Shown here one piece after another: positions 19,944-28,983 of a DNA stretch of 64,000 nt. The stretch covers positions 4,715 through 68,714 of the forward strand of contig NZ_JBBECC010000152.1 in assembly GCF_040882025.1 (NCBI RefSeq), given 5' to 3'. The notes beneath the pieces were generated by a model. That model worked only from the letters and a program-made list of their open reading frames with translations, ran no database searches and had not been told where the DNA came from. Position 1 is the first letter of the stretch. Every line of letters begins with the position of its first letter. A program made the position numbers and the translations under genes. Source of the DNA: Parvibaculum sp. (GTDB lineage Bacteria > Pseudomonadota > Alphaproteobacteria > Parvibaculales > Parvibaculaceae).

Positions 19944-21527
19944 CTAGGCTTCCTCGGTCTCTGATTCCATTTCGTCGTCGCTGTCCTTGCTGCTCTTCTT
20001 GGGCAGTTTCACGGCGCGCAACATGAAGGCGGGCACATGATCGCCAAGGCCGACAACACTCGGCCCGTCGTCATCATCCCGTCCGCGTCCACGACCGCCG
20101 CGTTCACGGCGTGCGGGCTTCTCGTTGTCACGCACGTGCTGCTCGCGCCCGCGCGGTTCGCGTTCTTGCACGCGTGCTTCCGTGGCCGGCGTATCGGGCT
20201 GGGGGGAGTCCTCGGATTTGGTTTCGGCCTCGACCGTAACGGCATCGGCAGTGACCGCCGCATCCTTGTCCTTGCGGCCGCGTCCGCCGCGCCGGCCGCG
20301 GCTGCGCTTTTCGGCTGGTGCGTCGACCTTGGCGGTTTCGCCGCTGACTTCGACCGTTTCGCTCGCCTGCTCGGCGGAAGCTTCGGCCGGAACTTCCGGT
20401 GCCGGTTGCGGCGTCGCACTGTCCGGTCCGGGGATCGGGTTGCCGATCAGGTTTTCGATAGCCGCGAGATATTTGCCGTCCTCGCGCGTCGCCAGCGTAT
20501 AGGCAGTACCGGCCTTGCCCGCACGGCCGGTGCGGCCGATCCGGTGAACATAGTCCTCGGCATGGCTCGGCACGTCGTAGTTGAAAATGTGGCTGACATC
20601 GGGAATGTCGAGGCCGCGCGCTGCCACGTCGCTCGCAACCAGCAGGCGGATCGTCCCGTTGCGGAAGCCATCCAGCGTCCGCGTCCGCGTCGCCTGGTCG
20701 AGATCGCCGTGAATGGCGCCGGCCGAAAGGCCGCTCTTCGATAGCGCGCGTTCCAGCGTGGAAACATCGCGCTTGCGGTTGCAGAAAATGATCGCGTTCT
20801 TGACATTCTCTTCTTCGATAAGCTTCTGCAGAAGGTCGCGTTTGCCGTCGCGTGTGGTCTTGACCAGCACCTGCTTGATCGTCGCACTGGTGGATGAGGT
20901 GCGCGACACTTCCACGCGTGCCGGATTGTGCAGGAACGTCTCGGTCAGCCGGTGGATTTCCGGCGGCATCGTTGCCGAGAAGAAGAGCGTCTGCCGCGTG
21001 AACGGTATCTTCTTGCAGATTTCCTCGATGTCCGGGATGAAGCCCATATCGAGCATGCGGTCGGCTTCGTCGATCACGAGAATCTGTACGCCGGTCAGCA
21101 GTACTTTGCCCCGGCCGCAATGATCGAGCAGGCGGCCCGGTGTCGCGATCAGCACGTCGACGCCACGATCGAGCTTCTTTTCCTGGTCGCCGAAGGAGAC
21201 GCCGCCGATCAGCAATGCCATCGAAAGCTTGTGATATTTGCCGTATTTCTCGAAATTCTCGGCGACCTGCGCGGCGAGCTCGCGAGTCGGCTCGAGAATG
21301 AGCGAGCGCGGCATTCGCGCTTTCGCGCGTCCGCGCGACAGCTTGTCGATCATCGGCAGCGTGAAGGAGGCGGTCTTGCCGGTGCCCGTCTGGGCGAGGC
21401 CGAGGACGTCGCGGCCGGCCAGAACGTAGGGGATGGCTTCGGCCTGGATCGGCGTCGGCGTGGTGTAGCCGGTTTCGGCTACGGCTTTCAGGACCTCAGG
21501 CGTGAGGCCAAGTTCGTCAAATGTCAT
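19944..21527 (-). CDS. DEAD-box RNA helicase (RhlE-like) with long low-complexity C-terminus
   Basis: AQTGTGKT, PTRELA, DEAD, SAT, ARGLD, HRIGRTGR. Confidence 0.96.
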   Translation of the reverse strand: MTFDELGLTPEVLKAVAETGYTTPTPIQAEAIPYVLAGRDVLGLAQTGTGKTASFTLPMIDKLSRGRAKARMPRSLILEPTRELAAQVAENFEKYGKYHKLSMALLIGGVSFGDQEKKLDRGVDVLIATPGRLLDHCGRGKVLLTGVQILVIDEADRMLDMGFIPDIEEICKKIPFTRQTLFFSATMPPEIHRLTETFLHNPARVEVSRTSSTSATIKQVLVKTTRDGKRDLLQKLIEEENVKNAIIFCNRKRDVSTLERALSKSGLSAGAIHGDLDQATRTRTLDGFRNGTIRLLVASDVAARGLDIPDVSHIFNYDVPSHAEDYVHRIGRTGRAGKAGTAYTLATREDGKYLAAIENLIGNPIPGPDSATPQPAPEVPAEASAEQASETVEVSGETAKVDAPAEKRSRGRRGGRGRKDKDAAVTADAVTVEAETKSEDSPQPDTPATEARVQEREPRGREQHVRDNEKPARRERGGRGRGRDDDDGPSVVGLGDHVPAFMLRAVKLPKKSSKDSDDEMESETEEA

Positions 21528-21673
21528 TCAGGAGCCCTGTACACCATGTTGCGCTGCCCGTGGTGGCCCACTTTCAGGGCCCGTGGACGGACCTCCGCGA
21601 ACGGATCGGGGAGGGTGAGCAGCAATAGCGCGTTGTTCGGCGGCCGCGCTGATCCGCTTCGAGTCTCGCGCGG

Positions 21674-21701
21674 ACCATAGGCGCTGTCGTCCAATTGTCA
21701 A
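21674..21701 (-). promoter_or_regulatory. Putative sigma70 promoter of the DEAD-box helicase
   Basis: TTGACA-N16-TATGGT on the minus strand, ~145 nt upstream of the ATG. Confidence 0.55.
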
Positions 21702-21893
21702 CAGAATGGCCGCTTCACCCGGCTCCGGCGGCGCGCTTGCCGTTGCCCGGGCGCGAGATTGTCCGGAATAGTGACGAAAACGGCGCACCGGAGCAGTCTC
21801 GAGCCGGAACGCGGGGCGAATCGTCGCAGCTCGATTTTCTGAAAGTTAATGCTTTCGGCTCATTCTCCGGGGTCAGAACGGCGAAAAAGGCCG

Positions 21894-23021
21894 ATGGCAG
21901 GAATGACCGAACAACCGACAACGAAGCTGGAGTCCGAGAGCGATCTGGACGTCGTGGAACCAACGAACCGCGACTCCCGCCGCGGTCTGCTGTCTGCCGT
22001 GAATCACGTTCTCGGGCGTATGTCGATTCTGGCCACCACGGCATTTCTGACGGGGGTCGCCGTTGTGATTGCGATCTCGCTCAACTGGGTGCTCGGACAG
22101 ATCGGTCTCATTGATTTTACCTGGCGGATATTTGCGGCCACCACCATCGTCACGATTCTTACCGGCGCACCGATCATCGTCTATTCGCAATTCATTATCC
22201 GTGAAATGAAGTCATCGCGCCGCATGCTCCGCAAGATGACGGAGCGCCTTGCCTGGGCCTTCCACAACGCAGAGCGTGCCAATGAGGCCAAGTCGCACTT
22301 TCTTGCCAATATGAGCCATGAACTCCGGACACCGCTCAACGCGATCATCGGTTTCTCCGACATCATGCGCAATGAGCGCTTCGGTCCGATGGGCAACGAG
22401 CGGTATCGCGAGTACGCGCGCGACGTCAACGACAGTGGCATCCATCTGCTCGGCATCATCAACGACATTCTCGACCTTGCGAAGATTGAGGCCGGTCACG
22501 CGACGATGGAATCCGAGACCGAATTCGATACCGGCGCGGCGATCGGAAGTGCCGAGCGCATGGTCCGTCCAATGGCCGAAGAGCGCGGCGTGCGCCTTGC
22601 GGTCGATGTGAGCAATTGCGCGCCGCGGCTGATCGGCGTCGAACGCATGGTTCGACAGGTGTTGATCAACGTATTGTCGAATGCGGTGAAATTCACCGAA
22701 AGCGGCGGTCTGGTGACATTGTCAGCGGAATACCGCTCGCAAGGCAATTTCGTGATTTCGATCGCCGACACCGGCATCGGCATGTCGCCCGATGAAATCA
22801 AGCTTGCGCTGACGCCTTTCGGTCAGGCTGACAACATGATGACACGCAAGCAGGCGGGTACTGGTCTCGGTTTGCCGCTTGCAAAGGCGATGATGGAACT
22901 GCACGGCGGGCGTCTGATGGTCCGCAGCGAAAAGGGCGCGGGTACGGCAATCATCTTGATCTTCCCGGGAACGCGGATTGCCTCCGCGCCGCTGCCGGTT
23001 GAAACCGCGCTGGCCGGCTGA
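21894..23021 (+). CDS. Orphan membrane sensor histidine kinase (PleC/DivJ-type H-box)
   Basis: Two closely spaced TM helices, FLANMSHELRTPLNAIIGFS, NAVKFT, DTGIG, GTGLGL. Confidence 0.92.
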   Translation: MAGMTEQPTTKLESESDLDVVEPTNRDSRRGLLSAVNHVLGRMSILATTAFLTGVAVVIAISLNWVLGQIGLIDFTWRIFAATTIVTILTGAPIIVYSQFIIREMKSSRRMLRKMTERLAWAFHNAERANEAKSHFLANMSHELRTPLNAIIGFSDIMRNERFGPMGNERYREYARDVNDSGIHLLGIINDILDLAKIEAGHATMESETEFDTGAAIGSAERMVRPMAEERGVRLAVDVSNCAPRLIGVERMVRQVLINVLSNAVKFTESGGLVTLSAEYRSQGNFVISIADTGIGMSPDEIKLALTPFGQADNMMTRKQAGTGLGLPLAKAMMELHGGRLMVRSEKGAGTAIILIFPGTRIASAPLPVETALAG

Positions 23022-23027
23022 TCGCCT

Positions 23028-25073
23028 TCAGATATCGAGATCCCGCGCGAAAGCCGCATGCTCCTGGATGAACTGGAAGCGTAGTTCCGGCTTGTTGCCC
23101 ATCAACCGTTCGATGGCGATGCCGGTTTCCCTCGCTTCGTCGGCGGGAACGACAACGCGCAACAGCGTGCGCTTGCCGCGCGCCATCGTCGTCTCTTTAA
23201 GCTGTGCCGGCATCATTTCGCCAAGCCCTTTGAAGCGGCTGACCTCGACTTTGCCTCTCCCGGAAAACGCCTGAACCAGCAACTCGTCCTTGTGCGCGTC
23301 GTCGCGGGCATAAAGCGTCTTGCCGCCTTGCGTCAGCTTGTAGAGCGGCGGCGCGGCCATATAGAGATGCCCCTGTCGGATCAGTTCGGGCAGCTCCCGA
23401 TAGAAAAAGGTGATGAGTAGCGAGGCGATATGCGCCCCGTCCACATCGGCGTCGGTCATGATGATGACCTTGTCGTAACGCAAATCGGCCTCCCGGTAGT
23501 GCGAGCCGGTGCGCACGCCGAGCGCCTGAATGAGATCGGAAATCTGCTGGTTTTGGGCGAGCTTGGCACCGCTGGCGCTAGCGACATTGAGAATCTTGCC
23601 ACGGAGCGGCAGGATCGCCTGGCTCGCGCGGTCGCGGGCCTGCTTGGCCGAGCCGCCAGCCGAGTCGCCCTCGACGATGAATATCTCCGAACCGTCCGCT
23701 GCCGACTGGCTGCAATCGGCAAGCTTGCCTGGCAAGCGCAATTTCCGCGTCGCGCTCTTGCGTGCGACGTCCTTCTCCTGTCGCCGCCGCATCCGTTCGT
23801 CGGCGCGGTCGATCACCCACTCGAGCAGCTTGTTGGCTTGTTGCGGCGCCGCCGTCAGCCAGTGATCGAAATGATCGCCGATGGCTTTCTCGACCAGCCG
23901 CTGCGCTTCGGGGCTTGAAAGTTTTTCCTTGGTCTGACCCTGGAATTCAGGCTCACGAATGAAGACCGAAAGCATCGCGCCCGCCGTCCCAAGCACGTCG
24001 TCGGCCTGGATCTGTGCCGCCTTCTTGTTGCCGACCATGTCGGCATAGGCTTTGAGGCCCTTCACCAGTGCCGCACGCAGGCCCGCTTCATGCGTCCCGC
24101 CCTCGATCGTCGGCACTGTGTTGCAATAGGAATGCACAAATCCATCGCCGCCGCCAAACCAGGCGATCGCCCATTCGACCGAACCGTGACTGCCGGCCTT
24201 CGACACCTTGCCGGTGAAGGCGTCCGCCGTCACCGTGTCATAGCCGTTGAGCGATGCCTTGAGATAATCGACAAGCCCGCCCGGAAAATGCAGCACCTCG
24301 CTTTGCGGCGTATCGTCGCCAATCAGCGAAGCCGCGCAGGACCAGCGGATTTCGACGCCGCCAAAGAGATAGGCTTTCGAGCGCGCCATCTTGTAGAGAC
24401 GCTTCGGAATGAAGCGCGCGCCCTTGCCGAAAATCTCGGGGTCGGGGTGAAAGGTAATCCGTGTGCCGCGCCGATTGTGCACTCGGCCCTTGTCGGCAAG
24501 CTTGCCCGTGGGTGCGCCACGTATATATGACTGCGTGTATAGGGTCTGATCGCGCGCCACTTCCACCTCGAAACGATCCGACAGCGCATTGACCACCGAA
24601 ACACCGACGCCATGCAGCCCACCCGACGTCTCGTAGACCTTGCCGCCGAATTTACCGCCCGAATGCAGCGTCGTCAGGATCACTTCGAGCGCCGACTTGT
24701 TCTTGAACTTCGGATGCGGGTCGACCGGAATGCCGCGCCCGTTGTCTGCCACCGTCAGGCTGCCGTCCTCGTCGAACGTGACCTCGATCCAGTTGGCGTG
24801 GCCGGCTACCGCCTCGTCCATCGAATTGTCGAGCACTTCGGCGAAGAGGTGATGCAGCGCCTTCTCGTCGGTGCCGCCGATATACATGCCCGGCCGCCGC
24901 CGCACGGGCTCCAGCCCCTCCAGCACCTCGATATCCTTGGCCGAATAGGTGCCGTCGCCCTTCGCCGCCTTCACGGTTGCGGATTTGGCTGCTTTCACGG
25001 CGGGCTTCGGGCTCGCCGCGAGGGAGAAGAGATCGTCGGTAGCAGCGGGTTTGCTCGTCTTGCGGGCGGTCAT
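23028..25073 (-). CDS. parE: DNA topoisomerase IV subunit B
   Basis: LEPVRRRPGMYIG, EVLDNSMDEA, VEGDSAGGS, PLRGKILNV, MTDADVDGAHI, RFKGLGEM; length and LLITFFY motif typical of ParE. Confidence 0.95.
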   Translation of the reverse strand: MTARKTSKPAATDDLFSLAASPKPAVKAAKSATVKAAKGDGTYSAKDIEVLEGLEPVRRRPGMYIGGTDEKALHHLFAEVLDNSMDEAVAGHANWIEVTFDEDGSLTVADNGRGIPVDPHPKFKNKSALEVILTTLHSGGKFGGKVYETSGGLHGVGVSVVNALSDRFEVEVARDQTLYTQSYIRGAPTGKLADKGRVHNRRGTRITFHPDPEIFGKGARFIPKRLYKMARSKAYLFGGVEIRWSCAASLIGDDTPQSEVLHFPGGLVDYLKASLNGYDTVTADAFTGKVSKAGSHGSVEWAIAWFGGGDGFVHSYCNTVPTIEGGTHEAGLRAALVKGLKAYADMVGNKKAAQIQADDVLGTAGAMLSVFIREPEFQGQTKEKLSSPEAQRLVEKAIGDHFDHWLTAAPQQANKLLEWVIDRADERMRRRQEKDVARKSATRKLRLPGKLADCSQSAADGSEIFIVEGDSAGGSAKQARDRASQAILPLRGKILNVASASGAKLAQNQQISDLIQALGVRTGSHYREADLRYDKVIIMTDADVDGAHIASLLITFFYRELPELIRQGHLYMAAPPLYKLTQGGKTLYARDDAHKDELLVQAFSGRGKVEVSRFKGLGEMMPAQLKETTMARGKRTLLRVVVPADEARETGIAIERLMGNKPELRFQFIQEHAAFARDLDI

Positions 25074-25149
25074 GAACTCGAAACTTTATGAGAGAGAATC
25101 AATGGGGATTGTAGGGCGGAGCTAGGGCACACGCCATGCCGGGGACACT

Positions 25150-25737
25150 CTAACGCAATAAAGCGCGTTCCATTGAATGAATGATGGCATCGGCCGCGCT
25201 TGCCGCGCTCCAGCCCCGCTCCACGGTAAGGAGACCCCAGGTTTCCACCGACGATCCGGCCCACAGAAAATCGGCCGCGCGGGCAGCCGTCCAATGTGGC
25301 GCAAGCGCGCCCGCCTCATGCAATCCGCGCGTAAGGCTCCGGAAGACGCGTTGGAGTTCGGTCATCCTGTCATCCCATGCCTTGGCCGCGTCGCTGTCGC
25401 CGGCACGCAGCCGGATCAGGTCTTGGGCGACAGGATAAATCTCCGGCACGAAGCTGCACCACACGGCGAGGCAGGCTTTGAGTCGCGTTCGCGGTTCCGT
25501 CTTCGCCAGCGCTTCCATGAATTTCCGGCGAATATCTGCTCGGTCGTCTGCACGACGTACAAGAGCGATGAGCAGTCCCCCACGCGATCCGAAATGAACA
25601 TAGATCGACTGCCGCGTCATGCCGACCGCGCCCGCGATTTCCGCCAGCGAAATGCCGGCGCCGCGCTCGGCAATGAGCGCCCACGCCGCATCGAGAATTT
25701 CTGCGCGGGTCCTCGCGGATTTTCCAATTTTTGACAT
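25150..25737 (-). CDS. TetR-family transcriptional regulator
   Basis: N-terminal HTH (ILDAAW...LAEIAGAVGMTRQSIYVHFGSR). Confidence 0.92.
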   Translation of the reverse strand: MSKIGKSARTRAEILDAAWALIAERGAGISLAEIAGAVGMTRQSIYVHFGSRGGLLIALVRRADDRADIRRKFMEALAKTEPRTRLKACLAVWCSFVPEIYPVAQDLIRLRAGDSDAAKAWDDRMTELQRVFRSLTRGLHEAGALAPHWTAARAADFLWAGSSVETWGLLTVERGWSAASAADAIIHSMERALLR

Positions 25738-25772
25738 ATGTAACAATCTTGTATAATTTTACACGAGTAAAA
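25731..25772. promoter_or_regulatory. Compact divergent promoter/operator region
   Basis: TTGACA(25731)-N15-TATAAT(25752); palindromes ACATATGT and TTTTAC-ACGA-GTAAAA (25757-25772). Confidence 0.6.
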
Positions 25773-25788
25773 ATAACAGGAGCCGATC

Positions 25789-26250
25789 GTGAACACCAGC
25801 ATCTTGAACGACGGGGAAAGGATCGCAGCCTTCGTTGCGGCCTATGGCGACGGTGCGGATGGCGCTGCCCCGCGGGCCGCCCAATGGCAAGCCTTGCTCG
25901 CGCGCGCTGCCGCCGCGCCGGTTACGCTCGTCAATTTCTTCAAGCTGAGGACGCAGGCGAACTATCCGGCGGGCAGCCGCGCGGAGGTTTGTTCGGGTCA
26001 GGAAGCTTTCGGCCGCTACGCCGCGGTCAGCGCGCCGGGAATCGAGAAGGTCGGTGGTCGCTTTCTGCTGCTGGCACCCTTCGAAACGGCTTTTGTCGGT
26101 GACGCCGAAGATTGGGACTTTGTCGCCGTCGGCGCCTATCCCGGAAAGGACGCGGTGCTCGCCCTCTTTGAAGATGCGGACTATCGGCAAGCCTACATTC
26201 ACCGCGTTGCGGCCTGCGAACGACAGAAAGTCCTTCTCTGTGCCGCTTGA
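25789..26250 (+). CDS. DUF1330-like (dimeric alpha/beta barrel) protein
   Basis: NFFKLR..A.Y, SGQEAFGRY, VGGRFLL, WDFVAVGAYP..DA; SD AGGAG before GTG. Confidence 0.75.
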   Translation: MNTSILNDGERIAAFVAAYGDGADGAAPRAAQWQALLARAAAAPVTLVNFFKLRTQANYPAGSRAEVCSGQEAFGRYAAVSAPGIEKVGGRFLLLAPFETAFVGDAEDWDFVAVGAYPGKDAVLALFEDADYRQAYIHRVAACERQKVLLCAA

Positions 26251-26312
26251 GGCGCTTGTCCTTGTCTCCCTTTGTGCCACAGTCGGGCATCGCGTAATTC
26301 GGGAGAAAACGG

Positions 26313-27614
26313 ATGTCTGCCACAATTTCCTCGCCGCTGACGCTGCCCTGCGGCGCCATGTTGAAAAACCGCATCGCCAAGGGCGCCATGACCGAGGGGC
26401 TCGGTGACGCGCAGAACCGCGCCACCGAGGCCCATGTCCGCCTCTATCGCCGCTGGGCGGAGGGCGGGGCGGGCATGCTGCTGACCGGCAATGTCCAGAT
26501 CGACCGCCGCTATATGGAGCGCCCCGGCAATGTGGCGATCGACGGGCCGCAGTCGAACGAGGCCATTGCCGCATTGCGCGACTATGCGAAGGCGGGCACG
26601 GCGAACGGCGCCCATCTCTGGATGCAGATTTCCCATGCCGGTCGCCAGACCCCGGCGCTGGTCAACAAGGAGCCTGTCGCGCCCTCGGCGAAACCGCTCG
26701 ATATGCCGGGCGCGCAGTTCGGCAAGCCGCGCGCGATGACCGGCGCCGAGATCGAGGATGTGATCCGCCGCTTCGCCCATGTCGCGACCGTCGCCCGTGA
26801 CACCGGCTTCACCGGTGTGCAGGTCCATGGCGCGCATGGCTACCTCATCTCGGAGTTCCTCTCGCCCGACGTCAACAGCCGCACCGACGAATGGGGCGGC
26901 AGTCTGGAAAACCGCGCCAGGCTTTTGCTCGAAATCATTCGCGCGGTGCGCCGCGCCGTCGGTCCCGACTTCCCGGTTTCGGTCAAGCTCAACTCGGCCG
27001 ATTTCCAGCGCGGCGGCTTCAGCCACGAAGACGCGATCAGGGTCGCCGCATGGCTCGATGCCGAAGGCCTCGACCTCCTCGAAATCTCCGGCGGCACCTA
27101 TGAGCAGCCGCGCCTTGTCGGCCTCGACGATATGACGCTGCATCCCGAAAAATCCGAACCCCGCCGCGAAAGCACCATCGCCCGCGAAGCCTATTTCCTC
27201 GAATATGCGAAAGACATCCGCGCGGCGGTCAGGATGCCGCTGATGGTGACGGGCGGTTTCCGCACCGCCGCCGGCATGAACGCGGCGCTGGCGAGCGGCA
27301 CCATCGACCTTGTCGGTCTCGCGCGCCCGCTTTGCGTGGATCCGGCGATCCCGGCAAAGCTGCTCTCCGGCGCGGCGCGCGAAACGCCGGCTTACGAAAA
27401 GACGCTGCGCATCGGCCCCGGCATTCTGGGGCCCCATAGCCGCTTCAATCTGATCAAGGCAATGAATGGTTGGGGTCAGCAGGGATGGTTCTGCCTGCAG
27501 CTGTTGCGCATGGGTGCGGGCCAGGATCCCGATCCGCGCATGGGTGTCTTCTCGGCCTTCCGCAACTACGCGAAAAACGAGGCGCGGACGGCCGCCGCCT
27601 TGCAGCGGCCCTGA
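26313..27614 (+). CDS. NADH:flavin oxidoreductase (old yellow enzyme family)
   Basis: NRIAKGAMTE, QISHAGRQ, QVHGAHGYLISEFLSP, WGGSLENRAR, EISGGTYE, GLARP. Confidence 0.93.
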   Translation: MSATISSPLTLPCGAMLKNRIAKGAMTEGLGDAQNRATEAHVRLYRRWAEGGAGMLLTGNVQIDRRYMERPGNVAIDGPQSNEAIAALRDYAKAGTANGAHLWMQISHAGRQTPALVNKEPVAPSAKPLDMPGAQFGKPRAMTGAEIEDVIRRFAHVATVARDTGFTGVQVHGAHGYLISEFLSPDVNSRTDEWGGSLENRARLLLEIIRAVRRAVGPDFPVSVKLNSADFQRGGFSHEDAIRVAAWLDAEGLDLLEISGGTYEQPRLVGLDDMTLHPEKSEPRRESTIAREAYFLEYAKDIRAAVRMPLMVTGGFRTAAGMNAALASGTIDLVGLARPLCVDPAIPAKLLSGAARETPAYEKTLRIGPGILGPHSRFNLIKAMNGWGQQGWFCLQLLRMGAGQDPDPRMGVFSAFRNYAKNEARTAAALQRP

Positions 27615-27631
27615 GCGGTGAAGGAGCGAGC

Positions 27632-28399
27632 GTGAAAATTGCGGAGCGTTGGTTTGAGCGGCGGCAGATGGACGACGGCGTCACGCTTCTTTGGGAGCCG
27701 CATGTCCATCCCTTCATCCGCTGCAACATCTGGTTCGTGCGTGGCCGCGACCGCGACCTCGTAATCGATACCGGCACCGGTGTCTGCTCGCTCGCGGCCG
27801 AAATCGCCGGCCTCTCCGGCAATCCGCTGGTCGCCGTCGCCACCCACATCCATTACGACCATGTCGGCTCGTTGCATGAATTCGAAAACCGGCTGATGCA
27901 TCCCGTCGAGGCCCCGTATATGGAGCCTTACGGGGAGTTCGCAGCGCTCTCGGCGGCCGCCTTTCCCGAAGATATCCGCGAGGCGCTGGCGGGCTACGGC
28001 CTCGGGCGCGACGAAGTGCTGATCGATGCGCTGCCGCATGCCGGATACGACATCGACGACTATCGCGTGACGTCGACGCGTGCCACCGGTCTGATCGGGG
28101 AGGGCGACGCCGTCGATCTCGGCGATCGCCGCTTCACCGTCATGCACCTGCCCGGTCACTCGCCGGGCTCGGTCGGCTTGTGGGAGGAAAAAACGCAAAC
28201 GCTCTTTTCCGGCGACGCGATCTATGACGGCCCGCTGCTCGACGAGCTGCCGGGCTCCGACATCGCCGCCTATGTGAAAACGATCCGCCGCCTGCGCGAC
28301 ATGGCCCCCCGCGCCGTTCACGGTGGCCACGACCCGAGCTTCGACGGCGCCCGCCTGGTCGAGCTCTGCGACGACTATCTGGCGCGGCGCTCGGCCTGA
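27632..28399 (+). CDS. MBL-fold metallo-hydrolase
   Basis: THIHYDHVGS, PGHSPGS, FSGDAIY, HGGH; SD AAGGAG before GTG 27632. Confidence 0.92.
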   Translation: MKIAERWFERRQMDDGVTLLWEPHVHPFIRCNIWFVRGRDRDLVIDTGTGVCSLAAEIAGLSGNPLVAVATHIHYDHVGSLHEFENRLMHPVEAPYMEPYGEFAALSAAAFPEDIREALAGYGLGRDEVLIDALPHAGYDIDDYRVTSTRATGLIGEGDAVDLGDRRFTVMHLPGHSPGSVGLWEEKTQTLFSGDAIYDGPLLDELPGSDIAAYVKTIRRLRDMAPRAVHGGHDPSFDGARLVELCDDYLARRSA

Positions 28400-28983
28400 A
28401 CGCCAGCCCGCATCAGTACAAAATCCACGCGCGCCTCCACACCGGCCCTCGGCAGCTCCACAAGTGCATATCCGGCATCCCGATAGGCCGTCCGGATCGC
28501 ATCGTGCGTTGCCACCGCCTCGGCGAAATCCTGTTTGCGCTCGGCATCGTTGCCGTAGATTGCCTCCCAGGGCGGCGCGACGAAAACGGTGTTGTTGTAA
28601 CGGTATCGCGTCACCGCCTCTTTGAGCGGCGGCGGCACCTCTTCGCCGATCAGCCGGCTGTAGCCGATGAGATCGGGCAATCCGCGATCGAAGAAGACGG
28701 GTGTGTGTAGGCCGGTTCTCGCTTCGAACGTCTGCACCGCGTCCGTGAACATCAGATCGCGAAACGCCAAACGGTCTCCCTCATGTGTCGCATTGCCGCC
28801 CGTTCGCAGCTGTTCCCGGATGATGCGCCGCCCGGCCTCCTCGACATGCGGAAAGCCGCGCGCGGCCAGAACATCGATCAGCGTTGTCTTGCCGGAGCCT
28901 GGGCCGCCAGTGATGACGAAGAAGTTGGGGCGTTCGATTTTCAATTGATGTCTCGCGATGAATCGGCGCATGGGAAGAGACAA
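28375..28983 (-). CDS. AAA_28/COG3911-type predicted ATPase (NMP-kinase-like P-loop)
   Basis: ITGGPGSGKTT, FFDRGLPD, PPWEAIY.NDAERKQ. Start uncertain (TTG 28983 or ATG 28971). Confidence 0.85.
   Translation of the reverse strand: MSLPMRRFIARHQLKIERPNFFVITGGPGSGKTTLIDVLAARGFPHVEEAGRRIIREQLRTGGNATHEGDRLAFRDLMFTDAVQTFEARTGLHTPVFFDRGLPDLIGYSRLIGEEVPPPLKEAVTRYRYNNTVFVAPPWEAIYGNDAERKQDFAEAVATHDAIRTAYRDAGYALVELPRAGVEARVDFVLMRAGVQAERRAR

Noticed and set aside
25715-25765. dif-like ATATGTCAAAA / ATATGTAAC near parE
   Set aside because: No plausible XerC arm, KOPS polarity does not switch here, and the sequence is better explained as the TetR promoter/operator.
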